Source of the DNA: Pristiophorus japonicus
Lineage: Eukaryota
Length of the DNA stretch: 64,000 bases
Direction of reading: 5' to 3'
Assembly (NCBI RefSeq): GCF_044704955.1
Contig: NC_091996.1
Span: forward strand, 28,024,001 to 28,088,000
The notes beneath the pieces are model-generated. The model saw only the letters and a program-made list of their open reading frames with translations. It was not told the DNA's origin and made no database searches. Shown here piece after piece: positions 11,426 to 23,070 of the stretch. Each line of letters opens with the position of its first letter. Within the stretch, counting starts at the first letter, position 1. Made by a program: the position numbers and the translations under genes.

Positions 11426-12993
11426 GGAAAAAGTTAGAGGTGTAACAGGTTTTTAAGCAAGATGTCGGGGCAGGGAAATGGGGGAAGGGAGGAAGGAACA
11501 AATGGGAAGGTCTGATCAGGTGGAAGGCAGAAGAGGTTAAGAGACAAAAGGGATGAAGGTGCAAGGCAAAAGGAGATGGTAATGGGACAAGTTAAGAAAT
11601 AAAAGACGAGTCTAGATAGGGTGTAAATAGAGATGGCCGAATCATCAACAGCTGCCGTGGGAAAGAGAAAAAAAAATAAGGGCGGAGGTTATGGTTTGAA
11701 ATTGTTGAACTCGATGTTGAGTCCAGAAGGCTGTAAAGTGCCTAAATGAAAGATGAGGTGCTGTTCCTCGAGCTTTTGTTGAGCTTCATTGGAACTGCGT
11801 AGGAGGCCGAGGACAGAGAAATCAGAGTGGGAGTGGGGCAGAGAATTAAAGTGACAGACGACCGGAATCTCTGGGTCACGCTTACGGACTGAATGGAGAT
11901 GTTCTGCAAAGTGGTCACCCAATCTGCGTTTGGTCTCCCCACTGTCGAGGAGACCACATCGTGAGCAGTGAATACAGTATACTAAATTGAAACAAGTACA
12001 AGTAAATTGCTGTTTCATCTGGAAAAAGTGTTTGGGCCCCCAGACACTGAGAAGGGAGGAGGTAAAAGGGCAGCTTGCACGGGAAGGTGCCTTGGCAAGG
12101 GAGGGATGTGCTGGGGGTGATTTGAGGAGGGGACCCCTCTGAATGCTGGAAGGGAGGGGATCATGTTGGAGATGGCGGATGATCTGTTGAACATGGGTGA
12201 AGGGTGAGGACAAGGGGAACCGTATCGTGGTTCTGGGAAGGAGGGGGAAGTGGTGAGAGCAGAAGTGCGAGAAATAAAACGGACGCGGTCGAGGGCCATG
12301 TCAACCACGGTAGAGGGGAATCCTCGGTTGAGAAAAAAGGAAGACATATATCGAAGGCACTAGTATGGAAGGTGGCTTCGTCAGAACAGATGTGACGAAG
12401 ACTGAGAAACTGGGAGAATTGAATGGAGTCCCTACAGGAAGCTGGGTGGCAGGAAAATGTAGTCCAGGTAGCCGTGGGAGTCAGTGGGCTTAGAGTGAAT
12501 GTTTCCCTGGGATTCATAGAGCGCAGTGTCAGCATCCCAGCCTCACTGCTGGTCCCTGCTGCTCCTTCCCTGGTCCCCAACCCCACTGCTGGTCCACGGT
12601 CTCTGAGTCAAGGATGACTTGCTTCCACACTAATGAGTTCTCGGGTGACAGAAGAGACTAATGCGGGACCTACAGTCTGTCACAGGTGGGGCAGACGGTG
12701 GTTAAAGGGACGGGTGGGCGGGGTGCTTTGGTTGTCGTGCGTTCTTTCCGCTGTTTGCGTTTGGCTTCCGCGTGCTCCCGGCGAAGAGTCTCGAAGTGTT
12801 CAGTGCCTTCCCGGACGTTTCTCTTCCACTTTGAGTGATCTTGGGCCAGGGATTCCCAGGTATTGGTGGTGTTCTTCAAAGAGGCTTTGAGGGTGTCGTT
12901 TAAGCGTTTCGTCTGCCCACCTGGGACTCGCTTGCCGTGTCGGAGCACTGAGTAGAGCGCTTGTTTTGGGAGTCTAGTATCGGGCATGCGGAT

Positions 12994-13281
12994 TGTTATG
13001 TCTTTAGATGCTCTGCCTCGTGGAGTCATTATCAGTGTATTGTACTTGAAATGTAGTGACCTCAGTCCATTTAATGTAACTCCAGAGTGAGGATCACACA
13101 TGGCCTGCCTTTTATACTAGGCCTGGCCCACCTGTACAGGTAACCTACAAGTCTCCCACTGCAGTGTCTTCTGGTGGCACACCTTAGTGACCATACAGCT
13201 GATGTACAAGATTCCCATAGTAGTGCCCTCTGGTGGCACATATGTAATAGTACAGGCAGTAACATGTCTAGATACATGACA
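12994..13281 (-). mobile_element. Solo LTR (288 bp) inserted in the RTE
   Basis: TGTTATGT...ACATGACA ends; 5-bp TSD CGGAT (12989-12993 / 13282-13286); TATAAAA and ATTAAA on the minus strand. Confidence 0.88.
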
Positions 13282-13778
13282 CGGATGATGTGGCGCATCG
13301 TCTGAGCTGATCAAGTGTGGTCACTGCTTTGATGCTGGGGATGTTGGCCTGAGCGAGAACACTAACGTTGGTGCGCCTATCCTGCCAGTAGATTTGCAGG
13401 ATCTTGTGGAGACAGTGTTGGTGGTAATTCTCCAGTACTTTGAGGTGCTTGCTGTTCATCGTCCATATCTCTGAAGCATATAGAAGGGCGGATATCACTC
13501 CTGCCCTGTAGATCATGATCTTGGTGCCGGTTTTGAGATCTTGGTCTTCAAACAGTCTCTTCCTCAGTTGACCGAAGGCTGCATTGGCACACTGAAGGCG
13601 ATGTTGGACTTCGTCACTGACGTCTGCCCTTGTCGACAGGCTCCCAAGGTATGGAAAATGTTCCATGTTGTCCAGGGCCTCGTCATGGATTTTGATAATC
13701 GGGGAGGCAGTATTGTGTGACAGGTTGGTAGAAAACCTTTGTCATACAGATGTTTAATGTAAGGCCCATACTCTCGTA

Positions 13779-15708
13779 CATAGAAACATAGAAAATAGGT
13801 GCAGGAGTAGGCCTTTCGGCCCTTCGAGCCTGCACCGCCATTCAATGAGTTCATGGCTGAACATGCAACTTCAGTACCCTATTCCTGCTTTCTCGCCATA
13901 CTCCTTGATCCCCCTAGTAGTAAGGACTACATCTAACTCCTTCTTGAATATATTTAGTGAATTGGCCTCAGCAACTTTCTGTGGTCGATAATTCCACAGG
14001 TTCACCACTCTCTGGGTGAAGAAGTTCCTCCTCATCTCGGTCCTAAATGGCTTACCCCTTATCCTTAGACTGTGACCCCTGGTTCTGGACTTCCCCAACA
14101 TTGGGAACATTCTTCCTGCATCTAACCTGTCTAAACCCGTCAGAATTTTAAACGTTTCTATGCGATCCCCTCTCATTCTTCTGAACTCCAGTGAATACAA
14201 GCCCAGTTGATCCAGTCTTTCTTGATAGGTCAGTCCCGCCATCCCGGGAATCAGTCTGGTGAACCTTCGCTGCACTCCCTCAATAGCAAGAATGTCCTTC
14301 CTCAAGTTAGGAGACCAAAACTGTACACAATACTCCAGGTGTGGCCTCACCAAGGCCCTGTACAACTGTAGCAACACCTCCCTGCCCCTGTACTCAAATC
14401 CCCTCGCTATGAAGGCCAACATGCCATTTGCTTTCTTAACCGCCTGCTGTACCTGCATGCCAACCTTCAATGACTGATGGACCATGACACCCAGGTCTCG
14501 TTGCACCTTCCCTTTTCCTAATCTGTCACCATTCAGATAATAGTCTGTCTCTCTGTTTTTACCACCAAAGTGGATAACCTCACATTTATCCACATTATAC
14601 TTCATCTGCCACGCATTTGCCCATTCACCTAACCTATCCAAGTCAATCTGCAGCCTCATAGCATCCTCCTCGCAGCTCACACTGCCACCCAACTTAGTGT
14701 CATCTGCAAATTTGGAGATACTACATTTAATCCCCTCATCTAAATCATTAATGTACAATGTAAACAGCTGGGGCCCCAGCACAGAACCTTGCGGTACCCC
14801 ACTAGTCACTGCCTGCCATTCTGAAAAGTACCCATTTGCTCCTACTCTTTGCTTCCTATCTGCCAACCAGTTCTCAACCACGTCAGCACACTACCCCCAA
14901 TCCCATGTGCTTTAACTTTGCACATTAATCTCTTGTGTGGGACCTTGTCGAAAGCCTTCTGAAAGTCCAAATACACCACATCAACTGGTTCTCCCTTGTC
15001 CACTCTACTGGAAACATCCTCAAAAAATTCCAGAAGATTTGTCAAGCATGATTTCCCTTTCACATTTCCATGCTGACTTGGACCTATCATGTCACCTCTT
15101 TCCAAATGCGCTGCTATGACATCCTTAATAATTGATTCCATCATTTTACCCACTACGGATGTCAGACTGACCGGTCTATAATTCCCTGTTTTCTCTCCCT
15201 CCTTTTTAAAAAAATGGGGTTACATTGGCTCCCCTCCACTCGATAGGAACTGATCCAGAGTCTATGGCATGTTGGAAAATGACTTTATCGGCCCTGGGAA
15301 TTTATCGGCCTTCAATCCCATCAATTTCCCCAACCCAATTTCCCGACTAATAAGGATTTCCCTCAGTTCCTCCTTACTGGGCCCTCTGACCCCTTTTATA
15401 TCCGGAAGGTTGTTTGTGTCCTCCTTAGTGAATACCGAACCAAAATACTTGTTCAATTGGTCTGCCATTTCTTTGTTCCCAGTTATGACTTCCCCTGATT
15501 CTGACTGCAGAGGACCTACGTTTGTCTTTACTAACTTTATTCTCTTTACATATCTATAGAAGCTTTTGCAGTCCATTTTAATGTTTCCTGCAAGCTTTCT
15601 CTTGTACTCTATTTTCCCTGCTGTAATCAAACCCTTTGTCCTCGTCTGCTGAGTTCTAAATTTCTCCCAGTCCCTGGGTTCGCTGCTATTTCTGGCCAAT
15701 TTGTATGC
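13779..15708 (-). mobile_element. Young 5'-truncated CR1/HER1-type LINE inserted in the RTE
   Basis: ORF 13871..14881 is a 336-aa intact RT C-terminal half (GVPQGS, FADD); CATAGAAA tail; GTA microhomology at the junctions. Confidence 0.93.
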
Positions 15709-15997
15709 TTCAGTGAAGGTGTTGACGATGGTTTGGAGTTCGACCTCCCGCATGTGCTCGAACGCAAACGTTGTCTGCATATTGTAATTCAATGACAGAG
15801 GATGCGACGACCTTGGATCTGGACTGGAGGTGACCTGAGGTTGAATAATTTCCTGTTGGTTCTGTAGATTAGCTCCACTTCAGCGGGGAGCTTATTGAGG
15901 GTGAGATGGAGCATTGCAGCTAGGACGATCGAGAAGAGCGTTGGTGTGATGACACAGCCTTGCTTGACCCCGGTCCGCACTTGTATTGGGTCTGAGT

Positions 15998-16539
15998 GCA
16001 TCCGCAAGATCCTGCAAATCCCCTAGGAGGACAGACACACCAAATTTAGCATCCTCAATCAGGCCAACATCCCCAGCATTGAAGTATTGACCACACTTGA
16101 CCAGCTCTGTTGGGCGGGCCACATTGTTCACATGCTTGACACAAGACTCCCAAAGCAAGCGCTCTACTCTGAACTCCTACACGACAAGTGAGCCCCAGGT
16201 GGGCAGAGGAAATGTTTCAAGGACATCCTCAAAGCCTCCTTGATAAAATGTAACATCCCCACCAACACCTGGGAGGACAGTCTTTGGCCAGGGACTAAGT
16301 GGAGGAAATGCATTCAGGAGGGTGCTGAGCACCTAGAGTTTCATCGCTGAGAGCATGCAGAGAACAAGCGCGGGCAGCGGAAGGAGCGTGCGGCAAACCA
16401 GACTCCCCACCCACCCTTTCCTTCAACGACTGTCTGTCAGAAACTGTAATTCCTGTATTGGACTGTTCAGTCACCTAAGAACTCACTTTGAGTGGAAGCA
16501 AGTCTTCCTTTATTTCGATGGACTGCCTATGATGATGAT
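15998..16539 (+). mobile_element. RTE 3' fragment inserted antisense into the larger RTE
   Basis: RTE C-terminal coding remnants and GGACTGCCTAT(GAT)n tail. Confidence 0.85.
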
Positions 16540-19500
16540 TGATCCATTGGTCAGGATCATGGCTTGCATCTCATCGTGAAGCAGGCAGAGGATGGTGACA
16601 AACTTTTGAGGGCAGCCGAATTTGAGGAATACATGCCATAATCTGTCCCTGATGACTGTGTCGAAGACCTTTGTGAGGTCAAAGAAGGCCATGTACAGAG
16701 GTTGGTGCTGCTTCCTTCATTTCTCCTGAATTTGACAGGCAGTGAAGATTATGTTCATTGTGCCCCTTAGTGGCCGGAATCCACATTGAGACTCTAGCTG
16801 GAGCACTTCAGCCACTGGGAGAAGGTGATTGAGGAGGATTCTTGCGATGACTTTCCCTGTGGCAGACAGCAGGGAAACTCTAATGTAATTACCGCAATCG
16901 GACTTGTCGCCTTTCTTGAAGATGGTCACGATTACAGCGTCTGAGATCCCCTGACATGCTCTCTTCCTTCCAAATAAGAGAAATAAGTTCATGGATTCGC
17001 GCCAATAGTATTTCTTCGCCATGCTTTAGTGCTTCCACGTGGATTCCATCTGCTCCTGAGGCCTTGTTCTTCAGTTGTCGGATGGTGTTTCCAACCTTAT
17101 GCCAGGCTGAGGATCTGCTGAGGTGGCGGCGGGCAGCATACTGTGCGATGAAGTCGAGGATACTCACATCGAAGTCAGTGCCTCTGTTAAGGAGATCTTT
17201 CGAAGTGCTCTTTCAAGCGGGCACTGACTGCCTCTCTGTCCTTGATAAGTAGTTCTCCATTCTTGGCCCTCCGTGGAGTAGGACCATGGGTGTCTGGGCC
17301 GTAGGTGGTCTTGACTGCGTTAAATAATCCACGCACGTCGTGGTTGTCGGCTCGTTGCTCAATCTCCTGCATTTTTTCCACCACCATCTGTTCTTTAGGT
17401 CACTAGTTTTATGTTGGACCTCGGCCTTTAGATGTAAATGGAGCTGCTCTCGAGTTGCATTGCTGTTTCCAGTTCAAGAATGCCTTGCGTTTACGGCGTA
17501 TTAGCTCCTGGATCTCCTGGTCCTTCTCGTCGAATCAGTCTTGATGTTGCAAGCGTCTGTTTACAGGTGCTAATTATGGAGGCCTTGAGGGCAGACCAGG
17601 CGCTGTGGACACTCTGCCTCTCCGGTTCACTGGAAGTCATCAGGATAGTTGAGGCGCTGGCTGAATAGGGCTTTCTTGGCAGGATCTTTGAGTGCTCCAG
17701 TGTTGATTTTCCTGCGGCATTGTTTCTGTTGCTGCCGTTGCTTCGGGGCTACATTGATGGAAATGACAGAGTGGATTAGGCAGTGGTCAGTCCAGCAGTC
17801 GTCCGCTCCTGTCATGGCGCGGGTAATGCTGATGTCCTTAAGGTCCCTTGCTCGGACGATGACATAATGTAGTAGATGCTAATGCTTGGAACGAGGGTGC
17901 TGCCTTGAGGCATTGTACTTGTCTTTTTGACAAGACCATGTTGCAAACATTTCGTCAGGAGGAGGGTACTGTTGGACTTGGTTTTGCCGATCACACCTCC
18001 CCAGAGGTCTCTGTCCTTTCCAATTCTGGCGTTGAAGTCGCCAAGGAGGATCAGCTTGTCGCCTGTTGGGACTCTGGACAGGGATTGCTCAAGGCTGTAA
18101 TAGAATTCCTCTTCATCAGTCTCGTCTGTAGTTTCCAGTGTTACGCTTCCAGTGGGCGTACGCACTGATGACCATAGCGCACTGGTTCTGGGCTAGGGTG
18201 AGCCGAAGGGTTATGAGGCGTTCATTTATCTCGCAAGGGGAGTCTCTGAGCCCAACTAGCTCATGTTTTATGGCGAAGCCTACCCCATGGAGGTGGCGTT
18301 CTGCTTCTGGTTTACTTTTCCAGAAGAAGGTGTAACTACCATCTTCCTTGAACTGGCCTTCCGTTGCCCGTCGAGTTCTCGCATAGGATGGCGATATCTG
18401 TCGAATCGTCGTGAGTTCCTGGGCAACAATAGCAGTACGGCGTTCCAGTCTGTTACTGTTGGGGTTGTCCATGAGGGTCCTGACATTCCAGGTCCAGAGC
18501 TTCATTCTAAAGGGTAGAAGATGCCTGTGCGTGAATTCTTTTAACGTGTGGTGGCTGTTGCACACCAGCTACCACACTGGCTTGAAAGAGCAAAGTCTTG
18601 GTCCAATGGCAAGGAGATCCAAGCTGATTGGAGACCAGGCTCCGATGCATGGGCCAAGTACACGCACATGCGTTCGCACATACCTCTGTTCAAGGAAGAA
18701 GTGGAGCACGCTCAGGCCGTCCTAGTGGGGGATGCAAGTGTAGAGGGATTGGACGTCCATCATGGAAAGGAGAAGGTTGGGGCCAGGAAACCGGAAACTG
18801 TTAAAGTGGCGGAAGGCATTGGATGAGTCACGAATGTAGATGGGAAGAGACGACAAGGAGAAAAATAGTCGCAAGGGGACAAAATCCGTTCCGTGGGGCA
18901 AGAACAGGCTGAAATGATGGGTCTTCCAGGCCAGTCCTGTTTGTGGATCTTGGGGAGGAGGTAGAAGTGGGCTGTGCAGGTTTGGGGAACTGAGGTTGGC
19001 GGCCCAGAGAGATGAGGTCAGTAACAGTCTTGGAAACAATGGCTTGATGTTCTGTAGTGGGATCATGGTCCAGGGGAAGGTCGGAGGAGGTGTCAGAGTT
19101 GGTATTCAGCCTCTGCAACACCAGTGCCACCCTTGTCAGGAGGTTTAATTACAATGTTGGGGTAAGATCTGAGAGCGGACTGGTGCAAGTTCCGAGGGAG
19201 GTAGGCTGGAGTGAGTGAAGGAGCAGAGAAATTGAGACGGCCGATGTGAACTGTCGGCGTGACAATGAAAAGATCGAGAGGGTAAGAGGCCAGAAGGAGG
19301 GATCCAGGTAGAGTGAGAATTCTGAAAACTGGAGAAGATGCCTGGCAGAAGAAATGGGCATGGAGGTGAAGGCGACGGAAAAAGAGCTCGGCTTGAAATT
19401 CATTGAGATGGGGGTGTCAGGAGATGAGGACTGATCGTTCGGGATCTGATAGAGGAAGGTCAGAGGGGATAGTGAAAACATGGCAGGGGGTGAGTTTGGA

Positions 19501-20965
19501 TGGGGTCAGAGGAAAGTGAAGTGGAAGGAAGTTCCGGAGGGGCGTTAGTGTCCAAGAGTTGCAGAAGCTTATGATCCTTGACACCTGAAAGGAAGGAAAA
19601 ACATTTTTTGTTGAAGCGCAGGATGAAATGTAACTGCAGACCAGGACGGCTTTGAGATAGTGAGTTGGTGCTGCGGAAGTGAGCGGTCGAGAGCATGCAT
19701 GTAGCGGCTCATGGCGTTAAGCGTGGATCTCCGGATGCAGTGAGAGCAGTGATTGGAGGAACACTGAAGATCTCGGTGATATCTGTAATCCTGGGTGGAT
19801 CCAAAACATGAATGGTGGAATTTCAGTTGGAATCCACGTGGATTAAGTCGGAGCCGGAGTCCGATGCTGAGGAAAGAGATATGGCTGTGAAAGTGAGTTT
19901 TGGTAGATACTTGATCAAACACGAGAAGGGAAACTGAAAGCAAGCAATGAAGATGAACAAGGCAAGAGACAAACAGAAATCCTGTGTGAGGGAAAACCTG
20001 TCTGGTTCAGCCTCAGACAGATGTCCAGGATAGCGATGTAGTTTGTGGCAGGGACCAAAGACGACTGCTCTAGACTTGCCACTATCTAGTTGGAGGCAAT
20101 TTGTGCTCATCAAGTACTGTATTTTGGATAAGCAGTGTGACGATTTAGAGATTGGAGCAGTCAGAAGAGGTGGTGGTGAAGTAGAGCTGGGTGAAATCAG
20201 CGTACATTTGGAAACTGACACACTGTTTTTGGATGATGCCGCTGAGGGGCAGCATGTACATGAGAAATAGAAGGGGGCCAAAGACAGATTCCTGGGGGAC
20301 ACCAGAGGTGATGGTGCAGTAGCGGGAAGGGAAGCCGTTTCTGGTGATTCTCTGAAGTCTCTCCCAGCTGAATGACAGTGGAGAGGTGTTGGAGGAGGAT
20401 GGTGTGGTTAACTGTGTTGAAGGCTGCAGACAAGATGAGGAGTGATAGTCTACCACTGTCGGTCACATATATGATGTAATTTTGTGGCTGAGTCATTTTG
20501 GTACTGTGGCATGGTTGGAAATCTGCTTTGAAGGGATTCAAACATGGAGTTCCCAGAAAAGTGGGCACAGATTTTATGAGGCGACAGCATGTTCAAGGAC
20601 TTGAGAGGAAAGGGAGGTTGGAGATGGGGTGGTCGTTTGCAAGGATGGAGGTTTTTTTTTAAGATGGGTGATGACTGCAGATTCGAAGGCGAGGGCGACA
20701 ATACCTGAAGAGAGAGAATCGTTAATTATCGGCTAACAGAAAACCTCAATCATATTCTCTGTTCAAGCTTGCATTTCTCCAACTCTTGGAGCCCTCAAGC
20801 TAGGTATCATTCTGGTTGTCCTCCTCCAAACCTGCTCTCGAGGCTGTTATCAGAAAGCAAAACTGGATACAATGCTCTCAAAAGACGACGTACCAAAGCC
20901 TTGCATTGTGCTCTTCATTTTATACTTGACGGTCCCAGCAAACCGTCTCACCCTACCAAAACACC

Positions 20966-21496
20966 AGAGCTAGAAATTCGGTTTTTGGCCAGAACAATAT
21001 ATTTTTTTTGGCATTTTTCGCCAAAAATTATTGCTAATCTCACCGCCATTTTTTAAAAAGGCGCCCAGTGGTAAAATTCGGCGCTGCACGGCGTAAACTG
21101 CAGTCCTCGCCAACATTAGTCCGAGGCCGATTACCGCCTTGGCAAGGGAGAAAACGCACGCGCACACACACACACACCAAAAAAATCACAAGACACTTAA
21201 CTATTGAATCATTTAAAAATAAACTTTTTTTTGCACCTCTGCATACCTACCGCTGTTTTTGGGGCTGCAACGCAGGTTTTTCTCAGGTCTTTTTTTCGCT
21301 GAGAATACGGGTGCGCCAAAAGTCCAAACTATGGCGATAGTGGTATTTCCACTCTTGCACACCGGCGGTTTGCTTTTCAGCGGTATTTCAAAACCGCCGC
21401 GCAAGACTTCGACGAAACTAGCGGATCACTTTTTCCGCCAAAAATGGCAAAATAGCGTCTCAAAAACAGGCACAAAGTTGGTGAATTTCCAGCCCC
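20966..21496. mobile_element. CpG-rich MITE-like element, family A copy 1
   Basis: Imperfect TIRs GAGCTAGAAATTC / GAATTTCCAGCCC; internal blocks shared with 62451..63180. Confidence 0.7.
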
Positions 21497-22744
21497 CCTA
21501 TTTGCTTCCCCATAGCCACGCCACACTGCTTGTGCATTTTAATGAATGATGAGTTATTTCTCCCAGATCACTTTCTTAACCCGTTTCCTTAAGTGAGTGC
21601 CCCTATATGGTATAAATACGCTTGGATTTTCTTCGCATTGTATGCCCACATTAAAAGACATCTGCCAGACACTAGCCCACTCAGCCACTTGAGCCTGTTA
21701 TGCCAATCTGTTCCATACCTCAACTCCCTTTACCCACCTTTGATCATATCACTTGATACCCTTACCAAATCATTAATGGTGAACAGCAATGAACTCTACT
21801 TTTGACAAGGTTCCATTTACATCCATACTTATTAAACCATCTGCATCCAAACTTTCCAGCATCGTATTTGTCCTTGTAAACCATACACACATTTTTATCT
21901 CTGGCTTTCTTCTGTGCTGTAAGATTCCACATTCAATCCATCGTGCCTGTGTCAGCTTTGAAAGAACAATGCAATTCATCCCTTCACCTGCTCTTTCTCC
22001 AGAGCTCTGCAAATTTTTCCTTTTTCAAGCATTTATCCAAATTGCTTTTGAAACTTGCTATCTGTTTCCATGACCGTTAAGTAGTGCATTCCAGATCATA
22101 ACTCGCAGCATTTTTATTTATAAAAAAAAAATTCTTTAATAGCCTGCTGACATTGAATGTTGAGATTTGCATACATTGTCATTTTGGGAGTTTATGCTTT
22201 TGTGAAGTGATTAAAATTGAAACAAGATTGAGATACAGATATCAGGTTATTTAGAGTCAGACTTCAGATTTAAATCTGATTTATCAACTATCTCCAAATT
22301 GCATGTTTTCCATTGTCCCTTTAGGTTTGCTCGCACCATTCTTGCTAAGAGGGCAGGTGTCTACTCCTAGATCGCCACCAATGGTGCCCTGAAGGTAGCG
22401 AGGTGGTGTGTGAGCAGACTGATTGGCCCTACTCAGATGAGAAGCTTCTAGCACCCCTGCATAATGGCGCAGCCAAGATGGAGACTTCAGTGTAAGGATC
22501 AGCCATAAACTTATATTGTGCCATGCAATGGAGCAGAATCTTCATGTTCTGACATTGCACTATCCAAAAATCTCTGCAGTTGAAAATAAATTTGCTCTTG
22601 CCAGTGAGAGAACGTTAACCATAAAATGAGAAATACTAATATTCCTCCAAAAAAGGCCACATCGTGAATATTGTCTCGTTTTGGTCCCTTGCATTCTTGC
22701 GTATAAGGAGGCCACTAGATTCATAATGAACACTACACTGTTGT

Positions 22745-23070
22745 ACCACTAATGTTACTGGACTAGTAATGCAGATGCCTGGACTAATAATCTAGAGTAT
22801 GAGATTTCAAATCCTGTCTTAACAGTTTTTTCATATTCTCAAACTACTACCACAAAGTGACGAGCTGTTTTTTATTTGTAAAAACTCAGCAAATGTCCCT
22901 TGGGGAGGGAAACATGCTGTCCTTACTCATTCTGGTCTATGTGACTTCAGTTCCACACCAGCGTGGTTGACTCTTAACTGCTTTCTGTAGTGACCCAGCA
23001 AGTCAGAGTTGTCCCAATAGGGTAATAAATGTCTGATGCCCATGTCCTGAGAATGAAATATTAAAAATAA
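22745..23070 (+). mobile_element. Old tRNA-derived SINE-like repeat
   Basis: B-box-like TTCAAATCC, central GTGGTTGACTCTTAACTG block, A-rich tail; family not assigned. Confidence 0.55.

Larger units (their letters stand above)
12600..18680 (-). mobile_element. Near full-length but disrupted RTE-clade LINE (5' UTR, APE endonuclease, RT, C-terminal cysteine motif)
   Basis: ORFs 18116..18565 (TWNVRTL..GVGFAI), 17812..18165 (LLGDFNAR), 17627..17815 (TDH), 16717..17022, 16510..16692 (FDLTKVFD), 15789..16007 (GVKQG), 13268..13666, 12670..13101 (CPTC). Confidence 0.9.
11330..19999 (-). mobile_element. Penelope-like element (GIY-YIG endonuclease about 11690-12200, RT remnants about 18680-19130), interrupted by an RTE
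   Basis: ORF 11689..12213 NLVYCIHCSRCGLLxxGETKRRLxDxFxEH (GIY-YIG); ORF 18722..19066 MDVQSLYTCIPH (PLE RT motif); hammerhead-like motif in the terminus. Confidence 0.85.
10825..20740 (-). mobile_element. L2-clade LINE (3' end 10825-11329; RT part 20000-20740) split by a large Penelope-like insertion
   Basis: L2 tail; ORFs 20145..20456 (GVPQxSVxGPLLF..YADxTQLY) and 20197..20568; the L2 sequence reads continuously across a GTCTG duplication (11325-11329 / 20000-20004). Confidence 0.8.

Noticed and set aside
13871-14881. 336-aa RT ORF as an active or domesticated retroelement
   Set aside because: Only the C-terminal half of RT; the upstream part is frameshifted, internally deleted and 5'-truncated
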